Assembly: GCA_020137815.1 (NCBI GenBank)
Contig: CM035357.1
Span: 8,122,001-8,186,000 of the forward strand
Length of the DNA stretch: 64,000 nucleotides
Source: Hormiphora californensis
Lineage: Eukaryota; Animalia; Ctenophora
Direction of reading: 5' to 3'
Numbering within the stretch: position 1 is the stretch's first letter; every line of letters starts with the position of its first letter. Shown piece after piece: positions 49,605 through 63,064 of this stretch. Under the pieces are notes generated by a model. That model ran no database searches and had not been told where the DNA came from. It was given only the letters and a program-made list of their open reading frames with translations. The position numbers were made by a program, and so were the translations under genes.

Positions 49605-50670
49605 TAATCAAAACTCATCGAAAAGTTGGTCAAAATGGTTCTAACAAAAACCAGTGTTCTAGAGAATTGTCTGGCAAACATTTTGGTTGCAAGATTGACG
49701 TTCCAAGTCTTACTATTCGTCAGATATATCGTCCTAAAGTCAAACATACGTGTTCAAGAAATCCGACCGGGGTTCACGTTTTGAAAAATTCACATATGCA
49801 AAGTTGCTCGGATCACATTGCATCCCTCATAAGAGTTGTGGGAAATTGTCTGGCGGTCATTTTGGTACCTAGGTTTTTGTCATAGCTCAATGTTTAGAGT
49901 GTCTTATGACTGTCTAAATACGAAATTCAACCAACATTTTTGAGGGGATCACGTGTCATCAACAAATGGGTAAAATAATTTGAAATTTATAAGAGCTTCA
50001 TTGGAATCGTCTAAGGTTATTTTGATACCATGGTTTTTCCCATAGCTTTACGTTTATGTTGCGTTATGAATGTAGGAACATGAAGATTTTTCTATGCTGA
50101 GTCTTAGTTGGTATCGGCTCACAACCCCTAATTAGGTGGCTCGGTGCCGTGTGTAATCCCATGATAATCAGCCACATCGTCTCAATTTCGATCTGGACAC
50201 TTTGACAGGGTTGTTACTGACGATTTGGCAAGGGCCCCTTTAATGTGTATGGATACTCAAGTGGTTCTATCCTCAAACCCTATCATGCACTAAAGTTTTC
50301 CACCTCTATGAGTCTTCATAACCGGCAAATGCATGCGATACGTTGAGACCACTTTAATGGGAAATTCAATTTCTGACAGTCTAAAACACTCTAAACATGG
50401 AAGCTAGAATAGAAAACCCGGGTACCAAAATGACCGCCAGACAATTTCCTACAACTCTTATGAGGGATGCAATGTGATCCGAGCAACTTTGCATTTGTGA
50501 ATTTTTCAAAACGTGAACCCTGGTCGGATTTCATGAACACGTAATTTTGACTGACGATTGGTAAGACTTGGAAAGTCAATCTTGCAACCAAAATGTTCGC
50601 CAGACAATTCTCTAGAACACTGGTTTTTGTTAGAACCATTTTGACCAATTTTTCGATGAGTTTTGGTTGG
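49605..50670. mobile_element. Foldback element with ~310-bp imperfect arms
   Basis: 49605-49914 is the reverse complement of 50375-50670. Confidence 0.75.
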
Positions 50671-50800
50671 TTTAATGGAGCCCGGTCATGACCCAAAATC
50701 GCAGGTCACGCAAAGAGTAAAGACAGTGGGACAATATACAATACCACACTCTCACAATGGATCATCATCACCTGCTATTTTGTGCTAATATCTGCCCTCA

Positions 50801-53210
50801 TAGGAACTATGATTGGACTTAGTCCACCGTCAGCCACTGAGGACTGTCTGAGATTCAGAAGAGATAAGAGTGAATGTTGGTTTAGCATGCTGATTACGTG
50901 GTATGTTAACAGTGTGTTTAACATTGTTCTCTCAAAGTATTTTATGTCAACCAAAACAGGTAAGCGAACATGTAAATGTAAAATTTATTCTTTTATTATA
51001 TTCTCTAGGTCACTGAGATACTGCTTTGACACACTATTAAAGTACGTATCGTCAGTTCCTAGAACTTTACTTGTTAGGAATCACCCAGATGTTAAAAACC
51101 CTGTGCCAAACACATAATATGAAATCTAAGTTGAGTGTGGTTTATTGTAATGTTAATGGACTTGTTAAGATACATTCGATAGGAAGTGATAGCCCTCAAC
51201 TTTTGGAACCTAGGTTTGTTTTTTTGGGTCACTTAGCCACACGCTGAGCAAACCACATACCGCCCGGGTATGGGTAACTATGGCGCTAAGCTCCCCCTTT
51301 CTCAACTTCGGTGAAATGGGGGAACCTATGGCATCAGTCATATAGTCTGTCGAGTTGGGTCTGTTCTGGAACAAGTTAACGTTTTGCCTTTGAGAGTGCC
51401 TTGAGCCTAGTTTGTTCTGGAACAAGGTAACCCACACCAGGGGCTTAAAAAAGTTTTCTAAAAGGGCTGAAAATTGCCCCCACCAAGGGCTGAAAATCGA
51501 TAAAATATTGTTCTAAATTGCTTTAATTCATTAAAATTTCCGGGGGCTTCGCCCCTTGTGACTGAAACTCGTTGAAAAAGTTTTCTAAAAGGGCTAAAAA
51601 TTGTTACAAATTGTTGATTAAAATTCATTAAAAACTAAAATTTTCCGGGGGCTTCGCCCCCTAGCCCCCACCAAGGGCTCTGCCCCTAAACCCCCTACCG
51701 CAGTTCCCTCGGCGCCGCTTCGCGGCACCTCGGTCGCTAGGTTTGGAGTTGGAGTGTGGCCTTTGGCCACACCCCCCCCCAAATATCCGTGCTGGGGCCA
51801 CCCCTGCAATGGGCCATTTCTAAGCTTATTTGGGACTCATTGGGCATTATTTAAGCTGTGTAGAGACCACTGGGGAGTAGGTGACCTACAACTTTGGCTC
51901 ATGCAACTATGGCTCATAGAATCTATGAGCCATAAATTCTATGAGCCATAGATGCATACAACTATGGCTCATAGAAATGTGATCTGATTAGGTTCTAATT
52001 TCTATGGGCCAAAGCTAATGAGAGTGAGAGGGAAGTGAGTGGCACGTGAGTGACACGTGAGTGACACGTGAGACGCACGTGAGAGATCGAATCATATAAT
52101 ATTGAATGAGCACAATCATACTATTATTAAAGCAAATAGGGAAATCCCGTGTCCCATTTTTTTTACCAAATATGGCAAATAGTGTCACGCACAAAATTTC
52201 TCGAAATGGCCTTTTGCACGTGTTGTCCCTAGAGGGACCCTGGCAACCTGCCAGCTTGAGCCTTAAACTGCACGTGCATCCTTGATTCATCTCTCTGCGG
52301 TCTGCCGGTTGTGTGGTTGATCGTTTGCTCGATTTGATCTGTTCACCACGTTTTGTGAACATGACTACTCAACTTCAACACAATCGCCCGCGAGTTTGGA
52401 GGAGCCATATGTCCCAAACTGACGTTGACGCCTATAGACTACGTGATAGAATCCTACAAAAGAGGTGATTATTATTCAAAAAATGTTGTCAACACACGTA
52501 ATGACAAAGTATCAATGGCACTAATATGAAATGACAGTAATACGTGAAAGTATTTTGCAAATGTTCTCCTTCATTTTTTTGAGTTGCCAAAAACGAATTT
52601 ACAGGACATTTTTTAAACAGCTGTAGCAAAAATATGAATTCGACTTGAGAGCTCAAATTGCATATTTGAGGTCTCCTTGGCATGGCCTACAACCCTACGG
52701 TGAGAGATTGCCCTGCACTCGACCAAAATACAGACATAAGCTGTAGCAAAAATATGAATTCGACTTGAGAGCTCAAATTGCATATTTGAGGTCTCCTTGG
52801 CATGGCCTACAACCCTACGGTGAGAGATTGCCCTGCACTCGACAAAAAATTTCGGTCGGTGTACCCTTAACAAGTCCATTAACATTACAATAAACCACAC
52901 TCAACTTAGATTTCATATTATGTGTTTGGCTCAGGGTTTTTAACATCTGGGTGATTCCTAACAAGTAAAGTTCTAGGAACTGACGATACGTACTTTAATA
53001 GTGTGTCAACGCAGTATCTCAGCGACCTAGAGAATATAATAAAAGAATAAATTTTACATTTACATGTTCGCTTACCTGTTTTGGTTGACATAAAATACTT
53101 TGAGAGAATGTTAAACACACTGTTAACATACCACGTAATCAGCATGCTAAACCATTACTCACTCTTCTGAATCAGTGGCTGACGGTGGACTAAGTCCAAT
53201 CATAGTTCCT
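50801..53210. mobile_element. Inverted repeat pair (~370-bp arms) enclosing 1.7 kb of other repeats
   Basis: 50801-51169 is the reverse complement of 52866-53210; 120-bp tandem duplication at 52620-52843. Confidence 0.75.
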
Positions 53211-53792
53211 TGTCTTAGTAGTCATACCTCTTCCCCCTGCAAACCTCCCAATACTTTGTCTATATTGCTCGGCGCAGATCAGTTTGGTACGTGTTATTGG
53301 GCATAGTTGTAACCACATGGCTTGAAGCGACCGTTTTTAGGGTGGTCTGGAGCACTATGTGTCCGGGTACATTTTGGCGCCAAATCCTCCAACCCGTACT
53401 CTATGTCTAAAATCCTAACCCAACCCAAAACCTAACCCTAACCCTAACCCTAACCTCGAACCCAAATAACGGCCCTAACACTTCTAAATTAGTATAGGGG
53501 TAGAGCAAACTCTCGTTTCCGGCCTAACGGCCGAACTCTCAAGTTCGCGGCGAAAGGCGGACTCTCTATCTAATTTAGATTTATGTAGATATGTATAGAG
53601 TCCAATTTGTTTAGACTTTTTAGATAAAGAGTCCACCCTGTGTGGACTTTTTAGATAAAGAGTCCTCCTAGAGTTTAGAATTATTTGGACTCTTTATCTA
53701 AATCTAAATTTAGATATAGAGTCCACTGTAGACTTAGAGTGTAGCACTAGAGTCCGCACACCGGTTTACCCAATCTACCTATAAACCTACAG

Positions 53793-53931
53793 GTACCGAT
53801 GGTACATTCTGTACTTTTACTGGATCTGGAAGGAGAGAATGCCGAGGGTCTCCGTTATTACCCTATGAGCGCTAATTACGATGGACCGATTGATGACATC
53901 ATACACTTTGCAACTAATGCAAAAATCAACG
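53793..53931 (+). CDS. COLGALT1: Procollagen galactosyltransferase, exon 5
   Basis: ctacag| VPMVHSVLLLDL...YDGPIDDIIHFATNAKIN g|gcaagt (GC donor). Confidence 0.9.
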
Positions 53932-54202
53932 GCAAGTTATTATTAAAATATTCGGATTGGGTCATAAAAAGGCCCTATGATTGACATAGTTCGAGGCACT
54001 CATGAAAGCCATGGTTGTTGACCTGAAGTGAAAACTGTGAATCCAAGGGATCGCTGCTCCCCAATGACAGCAAGTGGGTGGAAGTACGAGAGTGCATATA
54101 ACACAAACACACTCGCAAAAACCTTTCCATGCAACCATTCAAATGCATGGCGGTCTGTCGATATGAACTTGAGCATTGGTGACAATTGCATGCTTTTTCC
54201 AG

Positions 54203-54474
54203 GTATCTCCATGTTCATTAACAACGATCAAGTATATGGGTTCATGCCCAAACGCGAGAACTACGAATCAATGGAAGAGGAAGTAAAAGGGTTCTTTGAA
54301 TATATTGTGGACTTCCTCATTTATCAGATCGACAAACCTATGCCTAAATCTAAGTTTGTCACTCCGTCTCCACCAACAAAATTTGGGTTTGATGAAATCT
54401 ATCTGATTAATTTAACTAGGAGAACCGAACGGAGGAAAAGAATGTTAATGCTTCTAGAACTACTTGGTATTCAG
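54203..54474 (+). CDS. COLGALT1: Procollagen galactosyltransferase, exon 6
   Basis: tttttccag| (G)ISMFINNDQVYGF...KFGFDEIYLINLTRRTERRKRM...GIQ |gtaagt. Confidence 0.92.
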
Positions 54475-54645
54475 GTAAGTCTAATTGGCAAATGTTATCT
54501 TTCATCAGAATTCTCAGACAAACAGTTGGGCTATATGTAGCAGTTAATCACGTCATATTAATTTTTATCTAATTAAAGTTAAAGAGGAGGGGAAATTACC
54601 ATCTTGTTAGTGTAGTGACTATTTGAAATACGTTACTTCACCTAG

Positions 54646-54992
54646 GTTAAGATATTTGATGCAGTAGATGGAAGACAGCTAACACAAGAAATATTGGACA
54701 GTATGGAAGTTAAACAGCTCGCTGGCTATGAGGATCCCTATCATAAACGGGCATTAAAATTTGGTGAAATCGGATGTTTTCTCTCTCATTTTCGGATATG
54801 GGAAGAAATGGTTGCTAAAAACTACCAGAAAGTTCTTATATTGGAGGATGATTTACGATTTGCTCCGAATTTCAATTCTAACTTTGAAGAGATGCTTTAT
54901 GAACTTGAAGTTCTCAATCTTGATTGGGAATTATTGTACATTTCAAGGAAGATACTAAAACACTCTGAACAGTGGGTGAGAGGAAGTTCAAG
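54646..54992 (+). CDS. COLGALT1: Procollagen galactosyltransferase, exon 7 (further exons not identified)
   Basis: cacctag| VKIFDAVDG...GEIGCFLSH...VLILEDDLRF...WELLYISRK...SS ag|gtatgt. Confidence 0.93.
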
Positions 54993-55309
54993 GTATGTAT
55001 CCCTTGCTACGGCTACACAGGACCCAACCTGGTATCATTTTATCAAATAGATAGATGATATCTATGTATAATTCCAGTCCATAGTGTGTCCAGTTTCCCG
55101 AGCGTGGATAGCAGGAGCAGATTTCATCTTCCCATCAGTGTTGTAAAGAGAGTTGTTGTAGAAGTTAGACTCGTGCTCCTTAAAGGTTGACAAGATACCT
55201 AAAACTGTTCGTCTATCGTCTTATTTTGATTTATCATTAATTTTCAGGATTTTTTCAACATTTTTTGTCGGCTAGAAATATGTACAAAATAGGGGGTCTA
55301 CTGATAAAC

Positions 55310-55950
55310 GAGTACTTACTTGTACTTGAAGGGGTCTCCTCAATCGTTAGAGTGGCCCGCATCGGAATATTTCGCTCTTTTTGAAAATCGCCGCCACTCG
55401 TCACGATCTTGTGCTTTCCCCATCAAGTCCTCTTTGGTCTCATCGACTCCTGAAACAGCACAGGCATCCTCACGGACACACTGCAGCTAGGTCTTCCTAG
55501 GTCGTCCTCTAGATCTCTTCCCATGTCTAGGGACCCAGTTCATAAAGATGTTCGGGATCCGATGTTCTGGCATCCTGGACACATGACCAAACCACCGTAG
55601 CCGGTTCGAGGAAATGTATCCCTGCACTGTACTGATTCCTGCTCTCTTCAAGACCTTGACATTGCTCACTTTGTTGTACCATCTAATCTTGAGGATACGG
55701 CGGAGACAGGTCTGGTGGAAGACCTCTAAACGGTGCATCTGTGCCTTGGTAGTGTTCCAGGTCCCACTCCCATACAGCAGGATGGTCAGGATCGCAGCCT
55801 CATAGATCCGAATTTTAGTCCGCTCCAGAATACTACGATTGTTCCAGACCTTCCCAAGGCACCGGAATGCACCTGATCCTTTTCCAATTCTAGAAGCAAG
55901 TTCGCCATCAAGTCTCCCATCATAGCTTATCTTTGATCCCAGCCGTAGAG
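55310..55950 (-). mobile_element. 5'-truncated RTE-clade LINE
   Basis: LGSKIS..RIGKGSGAF..TKIRIYEA..LLYGSGTW..RLRWFGHVSRM..GKRSRGRPRKT; short caagta-like tail near 55310-55330. Confidence 0.88.
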
Positions 55951-56214
55951 GAGCACTTGTGACTGTTACTCGTGTCCACAAGGGTGGTCCAATCTAAGCC
56001 AGCAATAATATCACGATTTTGACGCGTAGGTCGAAGATCGGCAACATTAACTGGTCTAATAGACTCTGGTATGTCAATCTGTACCATGTTATAGACAATC
56101 TGGTAAAACGAGCCGCAGGTCATTATACAAGAAGAGTTCCTTGAAAGGAAGAATGCTCTGCAAGGGGCCGATATAATAATTTGTATATATAATATAGATA
56201 TATATATATAATAT

Positions 56215-56346
56215 ATTAAGCCAAAAACTAATTGAAATTAGTTGGCGGGAAAGGTGACCCACTTACACCTTTTGCTACTGCCGGGTATCACCACGAACTC
56301 TCTCCTGTCCCTGTCTCTCTCTCTCATTCTCTCTCATTCTCTCTCG

Positions 56347-56420
<74 letters not shown>

Positions 56421-57175
56421 CTATCAAACTCTCTTTCACTGCCTTATTCCATTATATTCACCTCTTATATCCCTGATCCCGGCAGCAGGCAAAGGTGTAA
56501 GTGGGTCACCTTTCCCGCCAACTAATTTCAATTAGTTTTTGGCTTAATTTAGGTCCCTTTTTGGTTTCTAATCGTAGCATGAGATTATTTCATGATGTAA
56601 TATTGTCGAAATGATGCGCTATATGAGAAACGAGACGAATTTCTGTGAAAATCGTATTTTAGACGTCGTAATGACGTCATTTGACGTAATTAGTGACGTC
56701 GTAACGACGTAATTGCATCACGATATATTTTGAATCAATACCCCAAAGGAGCTTGTAAAGTTTCATTGACCACAGTGGTCAGGAAAGGGAGTTTTTGCTC
56801 GAAAAACGTTGAATTTGCTGAATTTTTCGTCAAATTTTTGACTTTTGACGCGATTTAAGGGCTCAAAATGATAAGCTACGAAAATTCACAATATAGTATC
56901 TGAAAGTTCAGACAATTTGCCGGTAACGATTTTTCGTCAAATCAGAAATCGGAACACGTCTTTAGGGTGCTAGAGGCGTTTGAAAAAAGTTAGTCGGTCT
57001 CGCGCAATGACGTCACTCGTGACGTCATTGCGCGCGTCATAGCTAAGATGGAGAGTCTCCACCCAGATGGGTACATGCACGAGACAATTATCTGTCGAAT
57101 GCCGCTTGGTTTAAGGTCGTACGATGTCTGGTTCGTCTCAAACTGGGACCAAACGGATGGTAACAAAGCGTCTAT
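56215..57175 (-). mobile_element. Module B element (terminal hairpin 56215-56548 with a (CT)n loop), reverse orientation
   Basis: aaaactaattgaaattagt stem, TGACGTCA motifs and tagacgcttt start. Confidence 0.7.
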
Positions 57176-57194
57176 ACATATATATATATATATA

Positions 57195-57817
57195 CTGTGT
57201 GATTTTAAATGACTGAGACTGGTATATTGCGAATTGCGTGAAAACTATGGCATCTTTCGACTTCAAATTTTAGGACATGATAAAACTAGGTTGTAGCAAT
57301 TTTCTCCTAGTTTTACAGCAAATTTCAATGTTCCTGAATGAATATATTGCCCAAAAACCTCCTCCAACTTTACACAGTCATATCTCTGGAGTCTAATGAG
57401 ATAGAGAGTTCAAATTTTTAGGAGAGACAGATAAGACGATTTCGAATGTTTTGTCTGCTTTACGAGTTGCTACATTTTACCATTTGTTCACAGGAACTGT
57501 TTAAAGTGATGTAACACACTCTAATTAGGCCAAATTTAGGTCATTTTACCCCTCAAAGATCACTTGTCCAGCTGCATCTAGTGGGCTAATGAGGCCTTGA
57601 ACACGCATACGTCACGAGTTACTGTAGGGCTACTGCAGCTCTCCTTTTCCATCTTGAACCAGCAGACATGATCATAGTGTCTTGAAATGGTAACAAGCTG
57701 TAGAAAACCAGACAGACTAGATGCTCTCTACTTCAACGTATCACTCTCTCCCTTTCTCGTTATAAGGTCACGTGACTGGAATTGGGATCTCGACATGATC
57801 ACAATGTCTACAAAGCG

Positions 57818-57916
<99 letters not shown>

Positions 57917-58519
57917 ATGTCGAGATCCCAATTCCAGTCACGTGACCTTATAACGAGAAAGGGAGAGAGTGATACGTTGAAGTAGAGAGCACCTAGTCTG
58001 TCTGGTTTTCTACAGCTTGTTACCACTTCCAGACACCATGATCATGTCTGCTGGTTCAAGATGGAAAAGGAGAGCTGCAGTAGCCCTACAGTAACTCGTG
58101 ACGTATGCGTGTTCAAGGCCTCATTAGCCCACTAGATGCAGCTGGACATGTGATCTTTGAGGGGTAAAATGACCTAATTTTGGCCTAATTAGAGCGTGTT
58201 ACATCACTTTAAACAGTTCCTGTGAACAAATGGTAAAATGTAGCAACTTGTAAAGCAGACAAAACATTCGAAATCGTCTTATCTGTCTCTCCTAAAAATT
58301 TGAACTCTCTATCTCATTAGACTCCAGAGATATGACTGTGTAAAGTTGGAGGAGGTTTTTGGGCAATAGATTCATTCAGGAACATTGAAATTTGCTGTAA
58401 AAACTAGGAGAAAATTGCTACAACCTAGTTTTATCATGTCCCAAAATTTGAAGTCGAAAGATGCCATAGTTTTCACGCAATTCGCAATATACCAGTCTCA
58501 GTCATTTAAAATCACACAG
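57195..58519. mobile_element. Foldback element with ~600-bp TIRs and a (CT)n spacer, inserted in (TA)n
   Basis: TA|CTGTGTGATTTTAAATGACTG...CAGTCATTTAAAATCACACAG|TA. Confidence 0.9.
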
Positions 58520-58759
58520 TATATCAACCTAGTTATCCCCACACTGAATTTTCTGTTTTGGGGGTGGTGTTATAACTTTTGAACAAAAAGAGCTAGCCAC
58601 TTGAAATTTTTACCATCGATAGAGGTCTACAAGAAGCTTCTAAGTACAAAATTTCAGCTTCCTAGCTCTTCCGGTTCGGGAGTTATGGCATGTCAAAAAG
58701 TGCCAAAATGGGCTAAAAGTATGAAATAACTATATATACGCTGTGAGCAAGCGGTCCGT

Positions 58760-61600
58760 TTTGGGGGGAAATTTTTTTTCGGGGGATATTTTTTTTATTT
58801 TCCTTGAGGAAAAATAATTAAATTTTGAAAAACTAAAAAAATTTTGTTTGGGGCCAAAATTTTGGGGAAAAAAAAGGGGGGGGGGGAAATTTTGCCCCTT
58901 CCCCCGGGTTTTAAAACAAAACCCTTAACTCAAAATTTTTAATTTTTCTCCCCTTTTCTCCCTTATCTTCTTTTTTTATCCTTTTCTCTCTCCTTTTCCT
59001 ATTCAAATTTTACCTTTTTAAAAACCCCCCTTTGTTTTTTTTTCAGGATATATCCTCCCCCCGGGGAAAAGGGGTTCCCCCTTTTTCCCAAAAAGTGGCA
59101 ACCTTTCCACCAAAAAAATTTCGTTTTTTTTTTTGGGGGGGCTAATTGGGGGGGTTTTTTTTTGTTTTTAAAAAATTGAAAAAAATTTTAAACTGTTTGG
59201 GCCCCCTCTATAATGGTTTTGCCCCCCAAAATGGTGGGGGAAGGGGAAATCCCAAAAAGGGCCTGGAACTTTTTTAACAAACTTAAAAAAATTTTGCTAA
59301 AATCCCCAAAATTTAAAATTTTTTTGACCCCCATACGGTTGGGTTCCAAACGTTTAACCCAAAAGATAGGAAAAGTTTTTAAGTTTTTAAAAGGCCACTA
59401 AAAAGGGGGGGTACCGTTTGAAAATATTAACCCAAGATTTGAGGTGAAAATTTTTTAAAACCCCATATCCGTAAAAATTGCTTTTTTCACTTAATATTTT
59501 CTAAAACAAAAGAGTTCCCTTTTCCCCCCCCCGGGAATCTAGACTAAAACCCCCTGTAAAACCCCCAAATTTTCAGGACAAAAAGGGTTTTGGGCGGGGG
59601 GGCCGTACTTTTCGCCCCCAAAAAATGTTTTTGGAAAAAAAAAAAGTTTTTTTTGTTTTTGGGCAAGCGGCTAAGGGTTGGGGGGATGTCCCCTTTTTTT
59701 CCCCCCCGGCAAACAAAAAATTTTTTTTGCCTTTTATCTTTGAATAATTCCTTTTTATAGGGAAGGGCCCTTTTTGGGTCCCTTGTTTTTAAATCCGGTT
59801 TTAGAAAAATTTCCGAAAATCCTTTTCCCCAAAACCCCTTTTTTTTCCTTGCCCTAACCCCAAATTCAAGGGTTGGTATTCCCAAACCGTTACCCCTGGG
59901 GCAGCCCCCCCTATTCTAAATTTTAAAAAAGGGGTGGGGCCATGGGTTTTGCCCCGGGAACCACAAAAAAGTGTGCGTTATAATTTTCCCCCCAAAATTA
60001 AAGCGCTTTTCACCCCCTTTAAATATGTTTTGGGGACCCTTACCTGTTTTTTGAAAACCCCCTTTCTTTTCCCTCCCCCTTTTAAAACTTTTTCTAATCT
60101 TTCGAAAAGTGGAAGGGGGTTTCAAAGGTTTTTAACCTACTCCCTGTTCTAAAGGGGCCAATTGGGGGGAAACCCGGGGCGTTTATGCCCCCGAATTTTA
60201 CCTTTGACCCAAAAGGGGATTAGACACAAAAACCAGATTCCTAAAAAATTCCCAAAGTTGAACTTTTAGGGAATTTTAATTTTTTGTTTTAATTTGGAAT
60301 TTGACTTTGCCCCCCTAACGGTATTTTTACCCCACCCTTCCCTTTCTTTCCGCCCATTTGGAAAAACTTATTCAAACCTCCTCCCCTCTCCTTCTCGGTC
60401 CCCTCTCTCCCTTTTCCCTTCCCCTTCTCTCCAGTCCTTCCTCTTCCTCCTCCCCCTCCTCTCTCCCCCTTCCCTCCCCCGGGTCTCCTCTCATCTCTTT
60501 TTCCTTTCCTCTCTCTCTCATCCCCTCCTCTCCTTTTCCCTCTCTCTTTTCTTTTTCTTTTCTCTTCTCTTTTCTCTTCCCCTCTCTCTCTCTCTTTTCT
60601 CTTCTCCCCTCCCGCTTTCCTCCTCGTTCCCAGCCCTCTCTCTCTCTCCCCTTTCTTTTTTCTCTTTTTCCCCTTTTCCCTCTCCCCCTTTTCTCATTCC
60701 CCGGGGCCTCTTCCCTCTCCCCCCCTTCGTTTCTCTTTTTCCCCTTTCCCCCTCTTCCTTTTCTCTCTCTTCTCGCCCCGCTCCCCCTTTTTCCTCTCTC
60801 TTCCTTCTCTCTCTCTTTCTTTTCCTACTCTCCCCTTCATTTTCCCCCTTTTCCCCATCATCCCCCCCCTTCTTTTCTCCTCCCTCTCTCCTCTCTCTCT
60901 CTCCCCCTTCCTCTCTCCTCTCTCTCTCTCTCTCTTTTTCCCTCCCTCCCTTTTCCCCCCTCCCTTTTCCCCTCCCTTCCCCTTCTCTCTTTTTGCTCCC
61001 CTCCCCCCCCTTCTCTCCTTTCCCTCTTCTCTTCCCCCGGGCGGTTTCTCTCATCCCCCCTCTCTCTTTCTTTTTCCCCTCCCCCTCCCCCCCCTTTTCT
61101 CTCCTCTCTCTCTCTCTCCCTCTCCCCGTTTTTTCTTTTTCGGCCCTTCTCTCCCCCCCATTTCTCTCCTCCCCAATCTCTTCTTCTCTCTCTCTCCCCT
61201 TTTTTCCCCTTTTCCTTTTCTCCCTCCCTCCCTCCCTTTATCTCTTTTGTCCTCTCCGTTTCGTTCTTTTCCCAGTTTATTTTGCATATCCCCTTTATTT
61301 TTTCCCGATTTTCCCTTTAAATTTTTTTCCCCCCCCCCGGGGAAAAGGCTAAAGGCCCTAAACCCGTATCCTTTTGCAAAAAGGCTTTAAAGTTAAATTT
61401 TTAAAATTTTTAAGCGACGGGCCCCGCCGCACTTTTAAAAGAATTTCGCGTGGCTTTTTAAATTTTTGTGTGGCAAGTACCCCTACCATGCCCCCGTTTT
61501 CACGTGGGGGGGAAAAAGTTTTACCAACAAAAGCTAAAACACTTTTTTTTTTAACACGGGTTAAATATATTTTCCCCTGATCAAAAAATGTCTGCCCGGG
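58760..61600. other. Low-quality, homopolymer-inflated sequence (probable unpolished long-read segment) including a degenerate CT tract
   Basis: Abrupt change to runs of A/C/G/T midway through a repeat whose clean copies are at about 40253-40840. Confidence 0.8.
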
Positions 61601-63064
61601 GCCTTCGCCCTTCACATTAGATGGTTATGAAAATAAGTGTTGGCGGGTAAACATAGCATTATGAAACATAATGCAACTTTATTCTTGTTGACATTCGCCT
61701 GAAGGTGTTACCACCGCGGCACCATATGGACCAAGGCATCTTAAATAATTTACTTAGTTGGTTTTTACTGGTTTTTGGGTTAAATTTATACTCTTTTTGG
61801 TGTACATACTATTATAAGCAATATTTTTTCTAATTCTAGCATGTTTTGACTTGCCATAGCCTCCCCTTCAAATGTCCTCTACCATTCTTCCTTCCCGTTA
61901 ATTGAAAATCGAAATTGCGAGCAAAAACACCCACCACCCCGCCACATTCATCAGAAAAATGTCAACCAACTTTGATCTACTCAACCATCACAGACGGTGC
62001 GGTGTTAGCCACACAATAAACCCCTAACCTAGCGATAAATAAAACGAAAGACAGCGAAAGACTTAAAGTAAGAGTGGTGCGCCGTAAAGTAAGAGTGGTG
62101 CGCCGTGATTTCTCACAAAACTTAGTTGATGAACGGCGAGTACCATCAGGACCATTGCTACGGTATCGAAAATTTCTAATTCTGTCTCGTTCATTAGTTA
62201 TAACGTAATACCGTATGGGGAAGGGATGGAATGGTAGTGGTGTGGTGCTGTACTGAGCTTCGCTCTTCTTGGCACCATACCACTGCAAGCCCGATCAGTC
62301 AACCTCCGCGTCGGTCCATCCTGGAAACGTACTCCGCATGTGTGGTCCGGTTTTTTGCTTGGGGGCTGGGTGGTTTTTCGGCCTTGTTTCTGGGTGGGCG
62401 TGTTCCCGGTTCCGGCCGGGATGGGCTCTCTGGCTTGGCGGGGACCGGGGTGCGGTCGTCTTGGGCGGGGTGGGGGTCTTCCCTATCCCTTGAGCGGGAG
62501 ATTGGGCTTTGTGCGGGTTGTACGGGTAATGACTGCGGACGTGAGGCTGTCTCCCACTATGGGGGTAAATTCAACGCCAGAGAACTAGCCTCCCTCAACT
62601 ATGGCACACTGATTTGTAATCACCGAGGGCCTCTGCCTAGCATGCCTACGTATTCTTTACCCCGACATGGAGAGACGAAGAGTGAGAGGGGGAGAGATAA
62701 ATAGAGACGGGTGGGGGGGGGGGGGGTGTTGTAAGACTTAACAATGGGCTTTCTAGTCTATATTATAAAGCAGAGAACAGTGCAAAACAAAATTCGGGGG
62801 AGGGTTTTTTAGGGGTTGCACGTGGAAAATTTGAATGTTGTTATGGGTGGTTGCCGGTTGGTGGGGTTTGGGGAGTGCACGTGGCACGTGCGAATGTAAA
62901 GCTTTTCTTGGGGGAAACTAGCTCTTTGGAAAGAGCTTGAGTTTTTTTTCTAATGAGCCCAAGATTTTTGAAATTGGTTGAGAAGTGACTGATGTGGGGT
63001 ATGTGAGAGATCCCTAACCATAGTTTGATCGGGTCATGTCGGGTATGCAATTGTTCGCACAGAG

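Noticed and set aside
50782-53145. Duplicated ORFs (MLITWYVNSVFNI...)
   Set aside because: They lie in the arms of an inverted repeat, with indels between arms and no coding signature.
60294-61352. 352-aa and 320-aa Ser/Pro/Leu/Phe-rich ORFs
   Set aside because: Low-complexity CT tract in poor-quality sequence.
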